Part shown: one piece after another, positions 36,597 through 46,939 of the stretch
Numbering within the stretch: position 1 is the stretch's first letter
Layout of the letters: the number at the start of each line of letters is the position of its first letter
Assembly: GCA_965232515.1 (NCBI GenBank)
Contig: CBDDPY010000002.1
Span: 2,880,001-2,944,000, forward strand
Source of the DNA: Alphaproteobacteria bacterium
Lineage (GTDB): Bacteria; Pseudomonadota; Alphaproteobacteria; GCA-2731375
DNA: 64,000 nucleotides
Direction of reading: 5' to 3'
The notes under the pieces: generated by a model
The model's database searches: none
The model's input: the letters and a program-made list of their open reading frames with translations, nothing else
Told to the model about the DNA's origin: nothing
Made by a program: the position numbers and the translations under genes

Positions 36597-37406
36597 CTAG
36601 CGCAGATGCCGGTCGAGAAAGCCGCGGACCCGCTGAATGGCGTCGGCGCGCGCGGCCGGATCGGGCACGATCCGGTGACCATACGCCTCGAGCGCCGGCC
36701 CCTCGCCGTCGAAGCCGTGATGGGCGCCGGGATAGACCTGCAAGGTGACGCTTTGGTCGGTCCGGCCGACCTGGCGCATGCCGCGACAGCGATCGGCGGG
36801 CGTCCAGTCGTCGGCATCGCCGATCAGGATCTGCAGCGGCGCGTCCAGATCGACCAGCAAATCCGGGCACCAGGGATAGAAGGCGATGGCGGCCCGGAAC
36901 GGTTCGGCCCGGGCGCCGGCGATCTTGCGCACCGACAGTACGGCCGCCGAACCGCCATGCGACCAGCCGATGACGCCGATGCGGCGCCGGTCGATGTCGG
37001 GCCGGGCGGCGAGCCAGGCGCGCGCGGCATGGGCGTCGTCGGCGCGCGTGAAGGGATTGACGCTGAGCGGCTGTTCGCAAACCGAGACCTCGCCCCGGGG
37101 CGTGAAGCTGTCGACCCGCAGCGTGGCGTAGCCCCATTGCGCCAGACGGAAAGCCCAGGCGATCTGCGCGCCGACCATGCCGTCACAATGATGCAGCAGC
37201 ACGACGGCCGGGAACGGCCCCGCGCCATCGGGGCGAAGCAGAATGCCGGAGAGCAGAATTGGCCGGCCGTCGGCTGTCGGGCGCTCAAAGGCCACGGATT
37301 CGGGCGCGCCAGACCGTGCTTCGACTGCCGCAAACAGCAAAGTCACAAGGATAGCTGCGACAAATCGCACCGGTCGGGACGACAGGCCGGCGTTTTCTGA
37401 CGGCAA
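36597..37406 (-). CDS. Dienelactone hydrolase family alpha/beta hydrolase, exported; start uncertain
   Basis: GPFPAVVLLH, GWSHGG, DDWTP, YPGAHHGFD. Confidence 0.82.
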   Translation of the reverse strand: MPSENAGLSSRPVRFVAAILVTLLFAAVEARSGAPESVAFERPTADGRPILLSGILLRPDGAGPFPAVVLLHHCDGMVGAQIAWAFRLAQWGYATLRVDSFTPRGEVSVCEQPLSVNPFTRADDAHAARAWLAARPDIDRRRIGVIGWSHGGSAAVLSVRKIAGARAEPFRAAIAFYPWCPDLLVDLDAPLQILIGDADDWTPADRCRGMRQVGRTDQSVTLQVYPGAHHGFDGEGPALEAYGHRIVPDPAARADAIQRVRGFLDRHLR

Positions 37407-37408
37407 AA

Positions 37409-37430
37409 ATTGTTTTAAACTTAAAATAAT
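37409..37430. promoter_or_regulatory. AT-rich imperfect palindrome, candidate operator upstream of abmA-like gene
   Basis: ATTGTTTTAAACTTAAAATAAT in a GC-rich background; near copy at 97-112. Confidence 0.55.
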
Positions 37431-37493
37431 TTATCTCCCTGTCGGGACATCAGTCTTAGCGCAGCGACGGGGTCAGGGCGAGGACGGCGAAGC

Positions 37494-39833
37494 ATGAAGA
37501 TCGACATCATCGGCGGCGGTCCGGCGGGGCTCTATTTCGCGATCCTGATGAAGAAGGCCGATCCCGGCCACGAGATCCACGTCGTCGAGCGCAATCGGCC
37601 GGACGACACGTTTGGCTTCGGCGTGGTGTTTTCCGACGAGACGCTGGGCCACTTCCGCGACAGCGATCCCGAGACCTACTACGAGATCCTCGACAACTTC
37701 GCCTATTGGGACGAGATCGACACCCATTTCAAGGGTCAGGTGATCCGCTCGACGGGCCACGGCTTCTGCGGCATCGGCCGCAAGGAACTGCTGAACATCC
37801 TGCAGCGGCGCGCCGCCGGCCTGGACATCGACATCCGCTACGAGACCGACATTGCCGACGTCGAGACTCTGCGCCAGAACACCGACCTGCTGGTCGCCTC
37901 GGACGGCATCAACAGCGTCACCCGCGACACCTACGAGGCGAGCTTCCGGACCGAGATCGACTGGCGCAGCAACAAGTTCGTCTGGCTGGGTATCAAGGCG
38001 GCGCTGCCGGCCTTCACCTTCATCTTCAAGGAAGACCAGCACGGCATCTGGAACGTGCACGCCTACCGCTACAAGGGTGACTACGCGACCTTCGTGCTGG
38101 AGACCACGGAAGAGGCCTGGCGCAAGGCCGGGCTGGACCAGGCGAGCGAGGAAGAAACCGTCGCCTTCACGCGAGCGCTGTTCGCCGACGAGTTGCCGGA
38201 GTGCGAGTATCTCACCAACCGCTCGCTCTGGCGCACGTTCCCGATGATCCGCTGCGGCAGCTGGGTGCACGAGAATGTCGTGCTGATCGGCGATTCCGCC
38301 CACACCGCGCATTTCTCCATCGGCTCCGGCACCAAGCTGGCGATGGAAGACTCGATCGCGCTCGCCGACGCCTTCGCCGCGCGGCCGAACGACGTGCGCG
38401 CGGCGCTCGCCGATTACGATGCCGTCCGCCGGCCGGAAGTCGAGAAGATCCAGCACGCGGCCGACGTCAGCCTGGTCTGGTTCGAGAACGTGCACCGGTT
38501 CTGGGACATGGACCCGGTGCAGTTCAATTTCTCGCTGCTCTCGCGGTCGAAGCAGATCACCTACGACAATCTGCGCCTGCGCGACGCCAAGCTGGTCGAC
38601 GACGTAACGCACTGGTGCGCCGAGCAGTCCCGTACTGCCGGCTTCGACGTACCGCGCAACGATCCGCCGCCGCCGATGTTCCTGCCGTTCAAGCTGCGCG
38701 ACATGGTGGTGCAGAACCGCGTCGTGGTTTCTGCCATGTGCCAATACTCGGCGACCGACGGCATGCCGGACGACTGGCACCTCGTGCATCTCGGCAGCCG
38801 CGCCATCGGCGGCGCCGGCCTGGTCTTCACCGAGATGACCAACGTTTCGGCCGACGCGCGCATCTCGCCGGGCTGCACAGGGCTCTATTCGGAGACCCAT
38901 CGCGACGCCTGGAAGCGCATCGTCGACTTCGTGCATGCCAACAGCCAGGCCAGGATCTGCATGCAGCTCGGCCATGCCGGCCGCAAGGGCTCGACCCAGC
39001 TCGGCTGGGAGGAGATGGACCATCCGCTGGCGGACGGCAACTGGCCGATCGTCGCGCCTTCGCCGCTGCCCTACTTCCCCGACAGCCAGACCCCGCGCGA
39101 GATGACGCGGGCCGACATGGACGAAACCATCGCCCACTATGTCCAGGCCGCGAAATGGGCCGACGAGGCCGGCTTCGACATGTGCGAGGTGCACATGGCG
39201 CACGGCTATCTGCTGGCGAGCTTCATCTCGCCGCTGACCAACAAGCGGAGCGACCAATATGGCGGCACGGTCGAAAACCGCATGCGCTTCCCGCTCGAGG
39301 TGTTCGACGCGGTGCGCGCGATCTGGCCCGCGCACAAGCCGATGTCGGCCCGGATCTCGGCGACGGACTGGATGCCCGACGGCCTGAGCGACGCCGACCT
39401 GCTGGCGGTGGCGCGGTTGCTGAAGGAGCATGGCTGCGACCTGATCGACGTGTCGGCCGGCCAGACCGTGCCGGACCAGCAGCCGATCTACGGCCGCATG
39501 TTCCAGACGCCGTTCTCGGACCGCATCCGCAACGAGGTCGATGTCGCGACCATGGCCGTCGGCAACATCACCACGGCGGACCAGATCAACACCATCGTCG
39601 CCGCCGGCCGCGCCGACCTGGTGGCGCTCGCCCGGCCGCACCTGGCCGATCCCTACTTCACCCTGCGCGCGGCGGCGCATTACGGCTACACGCCGCAGCA
39701 CTGGCCGGCGCCCTACCTCACGGGTCGCGACCAGGCGTTGCTGCTGGCCGAACGCGCGAACGAGGAACAGGCCGAGATGCGCCGCCTCGCCCGCCCACCG
39801 AAGCCCCAGCACGAGCGCCTCGCTGCCGACTAG
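37494..39833 (+). CDS. abmA: Bifunctional anthraniloyl-CoA monooxygenase/reductase (salicylyl-CoA 5-hydroxylase family)
   Basis: N-terminal [32 protein letters not shown]; C-terminal OYE domain [22 protein letters not shown]. Confidence 0.9.
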   Translation: MKIDIIGGGPAGLYFAILMKKADPGHEIHVVERNRPDDTFGFGVVFSDETLGHFRDSDPETYYEILDNFAYWDEIDTHFKGQVIRSTGHGFCGIGRKELLNILQRRAAGLDIDIRYETDIADVETLRQNTDLLVASDGINSVTRDTYEASFRTEIDWRSNKFVWLGIKAALPAFTFIFKEDQHGIWNVHAYRYKGDYATFVLETTEEAWRKAGLDQASEEETVAFTRALFADELPECEYLTNRSLWRTFPMIRCGSWVHENVVLIGDSAHTAHFSIGSGTKLAMEDSIALADAFAARPNDVRAALADYDAVRRPEVEKIQHAADVSLVWFENVHRFWDMDPVQFNFSLLSRSKQITYDNLRLRDAKLVDDVTHWCAEQSRTAGFDVPRNDPPPPMFLPFKLRDMVVQNRVVVSAMCQYSATDGMPDDWHLVHLGSRAIGGAGLVFTEMTNVSADARISPGCTGLYSETHRDAWKRIVDFVHANSQARICMQLGHAGRKGSTQLGWEEMDHPLADGNWPIVAPSPLPYFPDSQTPREMTRADMDETIAHYVQAAKWADEAGFDMCEVHMAHGYLLASFISPLTNKRSDQYGGTVENRMRFPLEVFDAVRAIWPAHKPMSARISATDWMPDGLSDADLLAVARLLKEHGCDLIDVSAGQTVPDQQPIYGRMFQTPFSDRIRNEVDVATMAVGNITTADQINTIVAAGRADLVALARPHLADPYFTLRAAAHYGYTPQHWPAPYLTGRDQALLLAERANEEQAEMRRLARPPKPQHERLAAD

Positions 39834-39993
39834 GCCATGCCGGTGGCGCATGGCTGACCGGCGATCGAGAAGTCCGGTTTCCTTGCCACGACACAACCGT
39901 TACGCTTGTCACGCATGACATCGCGCTGATGCTGCTAGGCCGAGGCGGCGATCCGCGATGTTTTCGTTGTTGCCAGATCGACGCGACCGGTAA

Positions 39994-40908
39994 ATGACCG
40001 CAGAAGCGACAGGACGTCAGCGCGCCGGCGGCGTGCGGGGGCTGACCGTGGCCACGGGCCGTGGCATCGTCTACATGATCGTCGGCTGCGCGCTGCTGAC
40101 GCTGAACGACGCGCTAGTGAAGTGGACGACCGCTGGCTATCCGGTCGGACAGATCCTGTTCGTGCGCGGCAGCTTCGTGTTCCTGCCCCTCGCCTTCCTG
40201 ATCTGGCGCATGGGCGGACTCGGCGTGCTGCGCGTGCACAATCACGGCGGCCAGGCGCTGCGCGCCATGCTGGTCGTCGTCGCGACCTTCCTGTTCATCA
40301 CCGGCCTCAGTCTGTTGCCGCTGGCGGACGCCATCGCGGTCGCCTTCGCGGGGCCGCTGATCGCCACGGCCTTGGCCCCCTTCATGCTGGGCGAGCGGGT
40401 CGGCTGGCGACGCTGGTCGGCGGTCATCGTCGGCTTCGGCGGCGTCCTGCTGATGGCCCGGCCCAGCGGCAACGTCGTCGCCTGGGCCGTATTGCTGCCG
40501 CTGGGCGCGACGATCTGCGGCGCGTTGCGCGATATCCTGACCCGCCGCATCGCCGCCACGGAATCGTCGGTCGGCATCCTGTTCTATACGACCACCGCCG
40601 TCACCATCGCCGGCGCCATCAGCCTCACCTACTACGGCTGGACGCCCATGCCCTGGCAGGACGCCGGCGTGCTGGCGCTGGCGGCCATGCTGATGGCCGG
40701 CGCGCACTACCTGCAGATCGAGGCCTTCCGCTTCGCCGAGGCCACCGCCGTCACCCCCTACCGTTACACGTCCATGGTCTGGGCGATCCTGTTCGGCTAT
40801 CTGATCTGGAGCCACCTGCCGAGCGGCGGCATGCTGGCCGGCGCCGCCCTGGTGATCGGCAGCGGCCTCTACATCTGGCACCGCGAGCGACGGCTCAAGG
40901 GCTCTTAG
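39994..40908 (+). CDS. DMT/EamA family transporter
   Basis: About 10 TM segments; LGERVGWRRW, PYRYT. Confidence 0.9.
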   Translation: MTAEATGRQRAGGVRGLTVATGRGIVYMIVGCALLTLNDALVKWTTAGYPVGQILFVRGSFVFLPLAFLIWRMGGLGVLRVHNHGGQALRAMLVVVATFLFITGLSLLPLADAIAVAFAGPLIATALAPFMLGERVGWRRWSAVIVGFGGVLLMARPSGNVVAWAVLLPLGATICGALRDILTRRIAATESSVGILFYTTTAVTIAGAISLTYYGWTPMPWQDAGVLALAAMLMAGAHYLQIEAFRFAEATAVTPYRYTSMVWAILFGYLIWSHLPSGGMLAGAALVIGSGLYIWHRERRLKGS

Positions 40909-42607
40909 GCACCACGTCGAAGGCGACGCTGATCCGCTCCTGGTCGGATTCGAACGGGATGGTGCGGTGCCAGAAATAGGACGGGAACAGCAGCATGGCG
41001 CCGGTTTCCGGCCGGATCACCCGCGTCTGCGCCAGCGCCCGGTTGCCGCCCCCGGCATCGGTGACGTTGGAGGCGCCGAACTCGATGAAGCCGGCCGGCG
41101 CCTCGGCCGCGGTCGCCACCGCGTCCGGCAGCTCGACATAGTAGACGCCGCTGATGAAACCGCTCGGATGGTTGTGCGGGCTCTGATGGCCGCCACGGCG
41201 CAACACCACGCCCCAGACCACGAGACGCCAGTCCATGGGCGGCTCGCGGAAATAGTCGTAGGCGGCGTCCGCCAGCTGTTGCGACAGATAGCCTGACGCC
41301 GCCGCGCGCACCATGCCGTCGAAGGCCCGCACGACCGGCGCCCTATCGTCCGCGATATCGAGCGTCTGGCTGCCGAGCGTCGTCGACCGGCCCGGGCGGT
41401 CCCAGAGCAGCGACTCGTGCCGGCGCACATAGGCCGCCAGTTCCCGGTTGAACACCTCGATCCCGCCGAAGCCGTCCACGGTCTCGAAATCCCGGCGGCC
41501 GAGCAGCCGATCATAGTCGAACATCCGCGCCACATCGGCGTCGCGCCCGAGGTCGCCATAGACCAGCCCCAGCGTCGCATGCGCCCGGACGTAACGCGGA
41601 TTGATCGCGATCGCCCGCTCCAGGGCTTCCCGCGCCGCCTCGGGCCGGCCGCGCCGCTGCAGCGCCAGGCCAAGGTGATAGTGCGCGTTGGCGAAGCCCG
41701 GATCGATGGCCACAGCCCGCTCGCAGGCCGCCACCGCTTCATCGAGGCGGTCCAGCTCGACATACGTCCAGCCGAGGTTGGACCAGACCGCCGCGTTCGT
41801 GTCGTCCTCCGCCAGCGCCCGTTCATAGGCCGCGGCCGAGCCGGTCAGGTCGCCAGCGTCGCCCAGCGCATTGGCGAGCGCCGCCAGCGCCGCCGCATCC
41901 TCGCCGGCCCGCCGGTAGGCCGCGATCGCCGCCGGCAGATCGCCCAACTCGCGTTGTGCGTGCCCAAGCGCCAGGGCCGCCGCGGCATGGTCCGGCCGCA
42001 ACGCGAGAGCGGCCTCGAATGCGTCGATCGCCGCCGGCAGATCGCCGGTCAGCCGCGCCATGTTGCCGAGCCCGAGCTGCGCCGCGACCGATTCCGGATT
42101 AGCCGCCACCGCCCGCCGATAGGCTTCGCGCGCGTCGCCATGGGCGCCACGCCCGGCCAGCAGGCCCGCGAGATTGAACGACGCACCGGCATGCTCGGGC
42201 TGCAGGCTCAACACTTTGCGGTAGGCGTCCTCGGCTTCTTTGCCGCGCCCCATCGCGGCGACCGCATTGCCCAGATTGAACCAGGCGCCGGCATGTCCCG
42301 GCGTCAGCTTTGTTGCTTCGCGGAAGGCCTCGGCCGCCTCGCCCAACCGGCCGGAAGCCTTGTAGGCGTTGCCGAGATTGACCTGGATCGCGGGGTCGGC
42401 CGGGTTCGCCGCGCTTGCCGCGGTCAGCAGGGATAGCGCCGCGTCCTTTTCACCCCGACGCAGGGCGATGGTGCCCGCCAAATGCAGGACGGCCGGATTA
42501 TCCGGCGCCACGGCCCGGAGTTCGCGACAGATCTCGGCCGCTGCATCCAGACGGCCTGACCGGAACGCCGCCACGGCGGCCTGAAACTGTGCTTGCGCGT
42601 CCTGCAT
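40895..42607 (-). CDS. TPR-repeat protein with C-terminal putative 2OG-Fe(II) oxygenase domain
   Basis: Multiple TPR units; HNHPSGFISGVYYV, FPSYFWHRT, RISVAFD. Confidence 0.85.
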   Translation of the reverse strand: MQDAQAQFQAAVAAFRSGRLDAAAEICRELRAVAPDNPAVLHLAGTIALRRGEKDAALSLLTAASAANPADPAIQVNLGNAYKASGRLGEAAEAFREATKLTPGHAGAWFNLGNAVAAMGRGKEAEDAYRKVLSLQPEHAGASFNLAGLLAGRGAHGDAREAYRRAVAANPESVAAQLGLGNMARLTGDLPAAIDAFEAALALRPDHAAAALALGHAQRELGDLPAAIAAYRRAGEDAAALAALANALGDAGDLTGSAAAYERALAEDDTNAAVWSNLGWTYVELDRLDEAVAACERAVAIDPGFANAHYHLGLALQRRGRPEAAREALERAIAINPRYVRAHATLGLVYGDLGRDADVARMFDYDRLLGRRDFETVDGFGGIEVFNRELAAYVRRHESLLWDRPGRSTTLGSQTLDIADDRAPVVRAFDGMVRAAASGYLSQQLADAAYDYFREPPMDWRLVVWGVVLRRGGHQSPHNHPSGFISGVYYVELPDAVATAAEAPAGFIEFGASNVTDAGGGNRALAQTRVIRPETGAMLLFPSYFWHRTIPFESDQERISVAFDVVPKSP

Positions 42608-42726
42608 GCGGGTCCAATTCAGCGTTAACCGCTTATAACCCAGGCCAGTGCCAAAATGGGGTGATTTGACGCAATTGGCAGTCTAGATTGCCGCCGCCGT
42701 CCAACGATTCAGGTTCAGTGCCTCAG

Positions 42727-43704
42727 ATGTCCGTATTGGTCACCGGCGCCGCCGGCTTCATCGGCTATCACGTCACCCGCGCGCTGCTGGACCGCGGCGA
42801 TCAGGTTATCGGCGTCGACAATCTCAACGACTATTACGACGTCGGGCTGAAGCGGGCGCGGCTGAAGCAGCTCAGCGGCCGCAACGGGTTTAGCTTTCGC
42901 GAGGTCGATATCGCCGACCAGACGGCGCTGGCCGCATCCGTGGCCGATGCCCGGATCGACGGCATCGTGCATCTGGCAGCCCAAGCCGGCGTGCGCTACT
43001 CGCTCGACAATCCCTTCGCCTATGTGCACAGCAATCTGGTCGGCCACATGTCGATGCTGGAGCTGCAGCGCGGCCTGCCGGACTGTAAGCACATGGTCTA
43101 TGCCAGCTCGAGCTCGGTCTATGGCGGCAACACGAAGCTGCCGTTCGCCGAGGCCGACCACGTCGACCGACCGGTCTCGCTCTATGCCGCGACCAAGAAA
43201 TCGGACGAGCTGCTGTCCTACGCCTACAGCGATCTCTATCGGCTGCCGCAGACGGGTTTGCGCTTCTTCACGGTCTATGGACCGTGGGGCCGGCCTGACA
43301 TGGCGATGTGGATCTTCACCAAGGCGATCATCGAGGGCAAGCCGATCCGGGTGTTCAATCAGGGCGACATGCGGCGCGACTTCACCTATGTCGACGACAT
43401 CGTCGCCGGCGTGCTGGCCGCGCTCGACAATCCGCCGAGCGATGGCGACGAGACACCGCACCGGCTCTACAACATCGGCAACCACCGCTCGGAACAACTC
43501 CTGCACATGATCGAGGTGCTGGAACGGACGTTGGGCCTCCAAGCGGAAAAGATCATGGAGCCGATGCAGCCCGGCGACGTGAAGGACACCTATGCCGACA
43601 TCGACGCGATCAACCGGGACCTCGGCTATAAGCCGACGACGCCCATCGACGTCGGCATTCCGAAGTTCGTCGCCTGGTTCAAGGACTATCACGGTCTGAC
43701 CTGA
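42727..43704 (+). CDS. UDP-glucuronate 4-epimerase-like NAD-dependent epimerase
   Basis: GAAGFIG, HLAAQAGVRYS, YAATKK, RFFTVYGPWGRPDMA. Confidence 0.92.
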   Translation: MSVLVTGAAGFIGYHVTRALLDRGDQVIGVDNLNDYYDVGLKRARLKQLSGRNGFSFREVDIADQTALAASVADARIDGIVHLAAQAGVRYSLDNPFAYVHSNLVGHMSMLELQRGLPDCKHMVYASSSSVYGGNTKLPFAEADHVDRPVSLYAATKKSDELLSYAYSDLYRLPQTGLRFFTVYGPWGRPDMAMWIFTKAIIEGKPIRVFNQGDMRRDFTYVDDIVAGVLAALDNPPSDGDETPHRLYNIGNHRSEQLLHMIEVLERTLGLQAEKIMEPMQPGDVKDTYADIDAINRDLGYKPTTPIDVGIPKFVAWFKDYHGLT

Positions 43705-43841
43705 GACATCGCGCCGCGGCGCAACCGCCACGCGCTTATCACACCCCATATGACCTGAATCAGGGCGATCATGCGGATCGTTCGCGACGCTTTGGCGTAC
43801 GCGGAACGAACCGTGATGTCATTGTGATGAGGAGGGCGACG

Positions 43842-45146
43842 ATGACCACACCAACCGATGAACGCGATCTGTTCGATCTCTACCGCGACGACCCGGAACG
43901 GGCCGACAAGCTGATTTTCGGACGCGTCCCGTACAGGGACCGGCGCGGTTTTCTGCGCGGCGCCGGGCTCGCCACCATGGGCGCGCTGGTGGGCGCCGCG
44001 ATCCCGTTCCACCGCAACATGCCGTCGGGCTTTATTCCGCTGGCGCTGGCCGACGCGCACGGCGCCATCACCGGCAAGGACGGCCTGACGGTGTTGAACG
44101 ACCGGCCGGTCAACGCCGAGACGCCGGCGCATCTGCTGGACGACGACGTGACCCCGACGTCGCGGCATTTCATCCGCAACAACGGCGTCCCGCCGGACGA
44201 GATGTCGGCGACTGACTGGCAGCTCACCGTCGATGGCGAGGTCGGCAACCCGATGACCATGACGATCGGCGATCTGCGTGGCCAGTTTGAGGTCGTCACA
44301 GAGCGCCTGGTGATCGAGTGCGGCGGCAACGGCCGCGCCGCCTTCGACCCGCCGGCCCGCGGCAACCAGTGGACCTATGGTGCGGTCGCCTGCGCCGAAT
44401 GGACCGGCGTGCGGCTCGCCGACGTGCTGAAAGCCGCCGGCGTCAAGAACAGCGCCGTCTATACGGCCCACTACGGCGCCGACACGCACCTCTCGGGCAA
44501 GCCCGACAAGCGGCCGATCTCGCGCGGCGTGCCGATGACCAAGGCCATGAATCCACATAATCTGATCGCCTTCGAGATGAACGGCGGCCCGTTGCACCCC
44601 ATGAACGGCGCACCGCTGCGGCTCGTGGTGCCCGGCTGGCCCGGCTCCTGCTCACAGAAGTGGCTGACCCGGATCTGGCTGCGCGACCAGGTGCACGACG
44701 GCGCCAAGATGACAGGCACCTCGTATCGCGTGCCGAAGTATCCGGTGGCGCCCGGCCAGAAGGTGCCGAAGGAGGACTTCGAGATCATCGAGGCGATGCC
44801 GGTGAAATCGCTGATCACCCGGCCGCGGAACGAGACCACGGTGTCGGCAAGCAATCCGATGCTGGAGGTCGCGGGCCATGCCTGGGCCGGCGACGACGAG
44901 GTGGCGCGGGTCGACGTGTCGATGGATTTCGGCGCGACCTGGGTCCAGGCCGATCTGTCGGCGCCCGCCAACCCCTACGCCTGGCAGCGCTGGCGCGCAT
45001 CCCTGCGCTTCCCGCAGGCCGGCTACTACGAGGTCTGGGCGCGGGCGACCGACGTGAAAGGCCGCAGCCAGCCGTTCGCCATCGCCTGGAACCCGAAGGG
45101 CTATCTCAACAACTCGATGCACCGGATCGCCGTTCGGGTCGCGTGA
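43842..45146 (+). CDS. sorT: Periplasmic sulfite dehydrogenase molybdoprotein (SorT-like)
   Basis: Tat motif DRRGFL, NAETP, HFIRNNG, ECGGNGR Mo-ligand Cys, PLRLVVPGW, WNPKGY. Confidence 0.85.
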   Translation: MTTPTDERDLFDLYRDDPERADKLIFGRVPYRDRRGFLRGAGLATMGALVGAAIPFHRNMPSGFIPLALADAHGAITGKDGLTVLNDRPVNAETPAHLLDDDVTPTSRHFIRNNGVPPDEMSATDWQLTVDGEVGNPMTMTIGDLRGQFEVVTERLVIECGGNGRAAFDPPARGNQWTYGAVACAEWTGVRLADVLKAAGVKNSAVYTAHYGADTHLSGKPDKRPISRGVPMTKAMNPHNLIAFEMNGGPLHPMNGAPLRLVVPGWPGSCSQKWLTRIWLRDQVHDGAKMTGTSYRVPKYPVAPGQKVPKEDFEIIEAMPVKSLITRPRNETTVSASNPMLEVAGHAWAGDDEVARVDVSMDFGATWVQADLSAPANPYAWQRWRASLRFPQAGYYEVWARATDVKGRSQPFAIAWNPKGYLNNSMHRIAVRVA

Positions 45147-45147
45147 C

Positions 45148-45489
45148 ATGCGCGTTGCGTTTGTTATGCCGGTGGTCGTTGCCGCCGCCCTGCTCTACGC
45201 GTCGCTGGCGCCGGCGCAGCAGGGCGCGGTCGACGATTACGACCGCATGCCCGACGATATCGGCCGCGACGAGACCTACAGCGCCTGCGCCGGCTGCCAT
45301 TCCATGAAGCTCGTGGCGCAGCAGGGCCTCACGCGCGATGGCTGGGACGAGGCGCTGGTCTGGATGGTCGAGGAACAGGAGATGGAAGAGCTCGAGGCCG
45401 ACGAGCGCGACCTCGTTCTCGACTATCTGGCGAAGTACTACGGCCCCGACCGCGCCGCCCGACGAATGATGTCGTCGGGCGGCGGCTAA
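45148..45489 (+). CDS. Monohaem cytochrome c, SorU/SorB-like
   Basis: Signal peptide, CAGCHS..LVAQQ, WM, DYLAKYY; directly after sorT. Confidence 0.85.
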   Translation: MRVAFVMPVVVAAALLYASLAPAQQGAVDDYDRMPDDIGRDETYSACAGCHSMKLVAQQGLTRDGWDEALVWMVEEQEMEELEADERDLVLDYLAKYYGPDRAARRMMSSGGG

Positions 45490-45490
45490 C

Positions 45491-45955
45491 CTACTTCTTC
45501 AGCGCGGCGTTGGTCAGGTTGTCGAGCGCGCCATTCATGTTGGCGAAGACCTTGTCGCGGTCCTTGATGTCGTGACGGTCCGAAAGATAGGCGGGCTGGT
45601 TGTAGGCGAGCCAGACCTGTCCGGCCGAATCCTTCCAGACCAGCGCCTTTAGCGGCAGGTCGATGCCGATCGTCGGATTGCTCTGCATCAGCGGCGTGCC
45701 CAGCTTCGGATTGCCGAACAGCAACACTTCCGTGGCCGGCAGTTCGGAGCCGATCTTCGCGGCGCCGGCGGCATGGTCGATCCGGGCGAACACCGTGATG
45801 CCCTTGGAGGTCAGCACCTTCTCCAACCGGTCGAGCGTCTCGCCGACGCCATAGGGGCTCTGCTTCGTCACCAGGCCGGCATCCGCCTGCGCCGCCGTTG
45901 CCGCAGGAATCAGCAATGCCAGAACCATTATTTGCCTGAGGAGGAATCGGTACAT
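45491..45955 (-). CDS. DUF302 family exported protein
   Basis: FARIDH, FGNPKLGTPLM, IDLPLK. Confidence 0.85.
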   Translation of the reverse strand: MYRFLLRQIMVLALLIPAATAAQADAGLVTKQSPYGVGETLDRLEKVLTSKGITVFARIDHAAGAAKIGSELPATEVLLFGNPKLGTPLMQSNPTIGIDLPLKALVWKDSAGQVWLAYNQPAYLSDRHDIKDRDKVFANMNGALDNLTNAALKK

Positions 45956-46101
45956 CGAACTCACCTTTGTGTTTGGATTTCTTCCCACCGCACCTAATCG
46001 GCCGGGATTGAGGCCGGCAAGTGACATTCAAGTGATCAATCGGCGTAGGCTGATGCGCTAAGCTGTCGCTTGCAACCGCAAATACCCGGGAGGATGGCCG
46101 C

Positions 46102-46935
46102 ATGAACGAGCTGCCGCTGCGCGATGTGACCGAGGACGAGATCATGGCCTACGAGGAAGACGGCATCGTCTGTCTGCGCGGCATGTTCGATGCCGACTGG
46201 GTGGAACGGCTGCGCGCGGCCGTGGAAGATTGCATGGGCAAGCCGAGCCGGATGGTGCAGGAGCTGGCGACGGCGCAGAAGGACAAGGGCCGGTTCTTCG
46301 CCGATATCTACGTCTGGACCTACAACGACGATTGCCGGGCTTACGTCTTTCAGTCGCCGGCGGCGAAGATCGCGGCGGCGATGATGCGGTCGACGCAGGT
46401 CTGCATCTTCTTCGATCAATGGCTGGTGAAGGAGCCGGGCACGCCGACCCGAACGCCCTGGCACCACGACCTGCCCTATTGGCCGGTGAACGGCAACCAG
46501 ATCTGCACGGTCTGGCTGGCGCTCGATCCGGTCACCGCGGAGAACGGTTCGGTCGAGTACATCAAGGGTTCGCACCGCTGGGGCCAGCGCTACCGGGCCC
46601 AGAGCTTCACCGGCGACACGCGCTACAAGGAAGAGCTGCCGCCGGTGCCCGACATCGATGCCCGGCGCGACGAATTCAGCTTCGCGCAATTCGAGATGCA
46701 GCCCGGCGACTGCACGGTGCACCACGGCCTGACCGTGCACGGCGCACCCGGCAACGCCACGTCGACGACGCGCCGCCGCGCCCTTGTCAGCCGCTGGGCC
46801 GGCGACGACGCCACCTACTATCCGCGCCCCAACATCATGCCGCAGCTACGCGAGCCCGACCTGGCGCCCGGCGCGCCCATCGAATGCGACCTCTGGCCGC
46901 GCGTCTGGCCCCCGCACGCGGAAGCGGCGGAGTAG
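46102..46935 (+). CDS. Phytanoyl-CoA dioxygenase (PhyH) family 2OG oxygenase
   Basis: TPWHHD, WLALD, GSHRW, HGAPGN, RRA. Confidence 0.88.
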   Translation: MNELPLRDVTEDEIMAYEEDGIVCLRGMFDADWVERLRAAVEDCMGKPSRMVQELATAQKDKGRFFADIYVWTYNDDCRAYVFQSPAAKIAAAMMRSTQVCIFFDQWLVKEPGTPTRTPWHHDLPYWPVNGNQICTVWLALDPVTAENGSVEYIKGSHRWGQRYRAQSFTGDTRYKEELPPVPDIDARRDEFSFAQFEMQPGDCTVHHGLTVHGAPGNATSTTRRRALVSRWAGDDATYYPRPNIMPQLREPDLAPGAPIECDLWPRVWPPHAEAAE

Positions 46936-46939
46936 ACGG

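Noticed and set aside
37473-39896. 807-aa antisense ORF, and similar long ORFs at 24187-26079, 60568-62622 and 33773-34996
   Set aside because: Stop-poor alternative frames expected from high GC3 codon bias; no recognisable motifs
41500-42600. Internal sequence repetition in the TPR gene
   Set aside because: Explained by tandem TPR protein repeats
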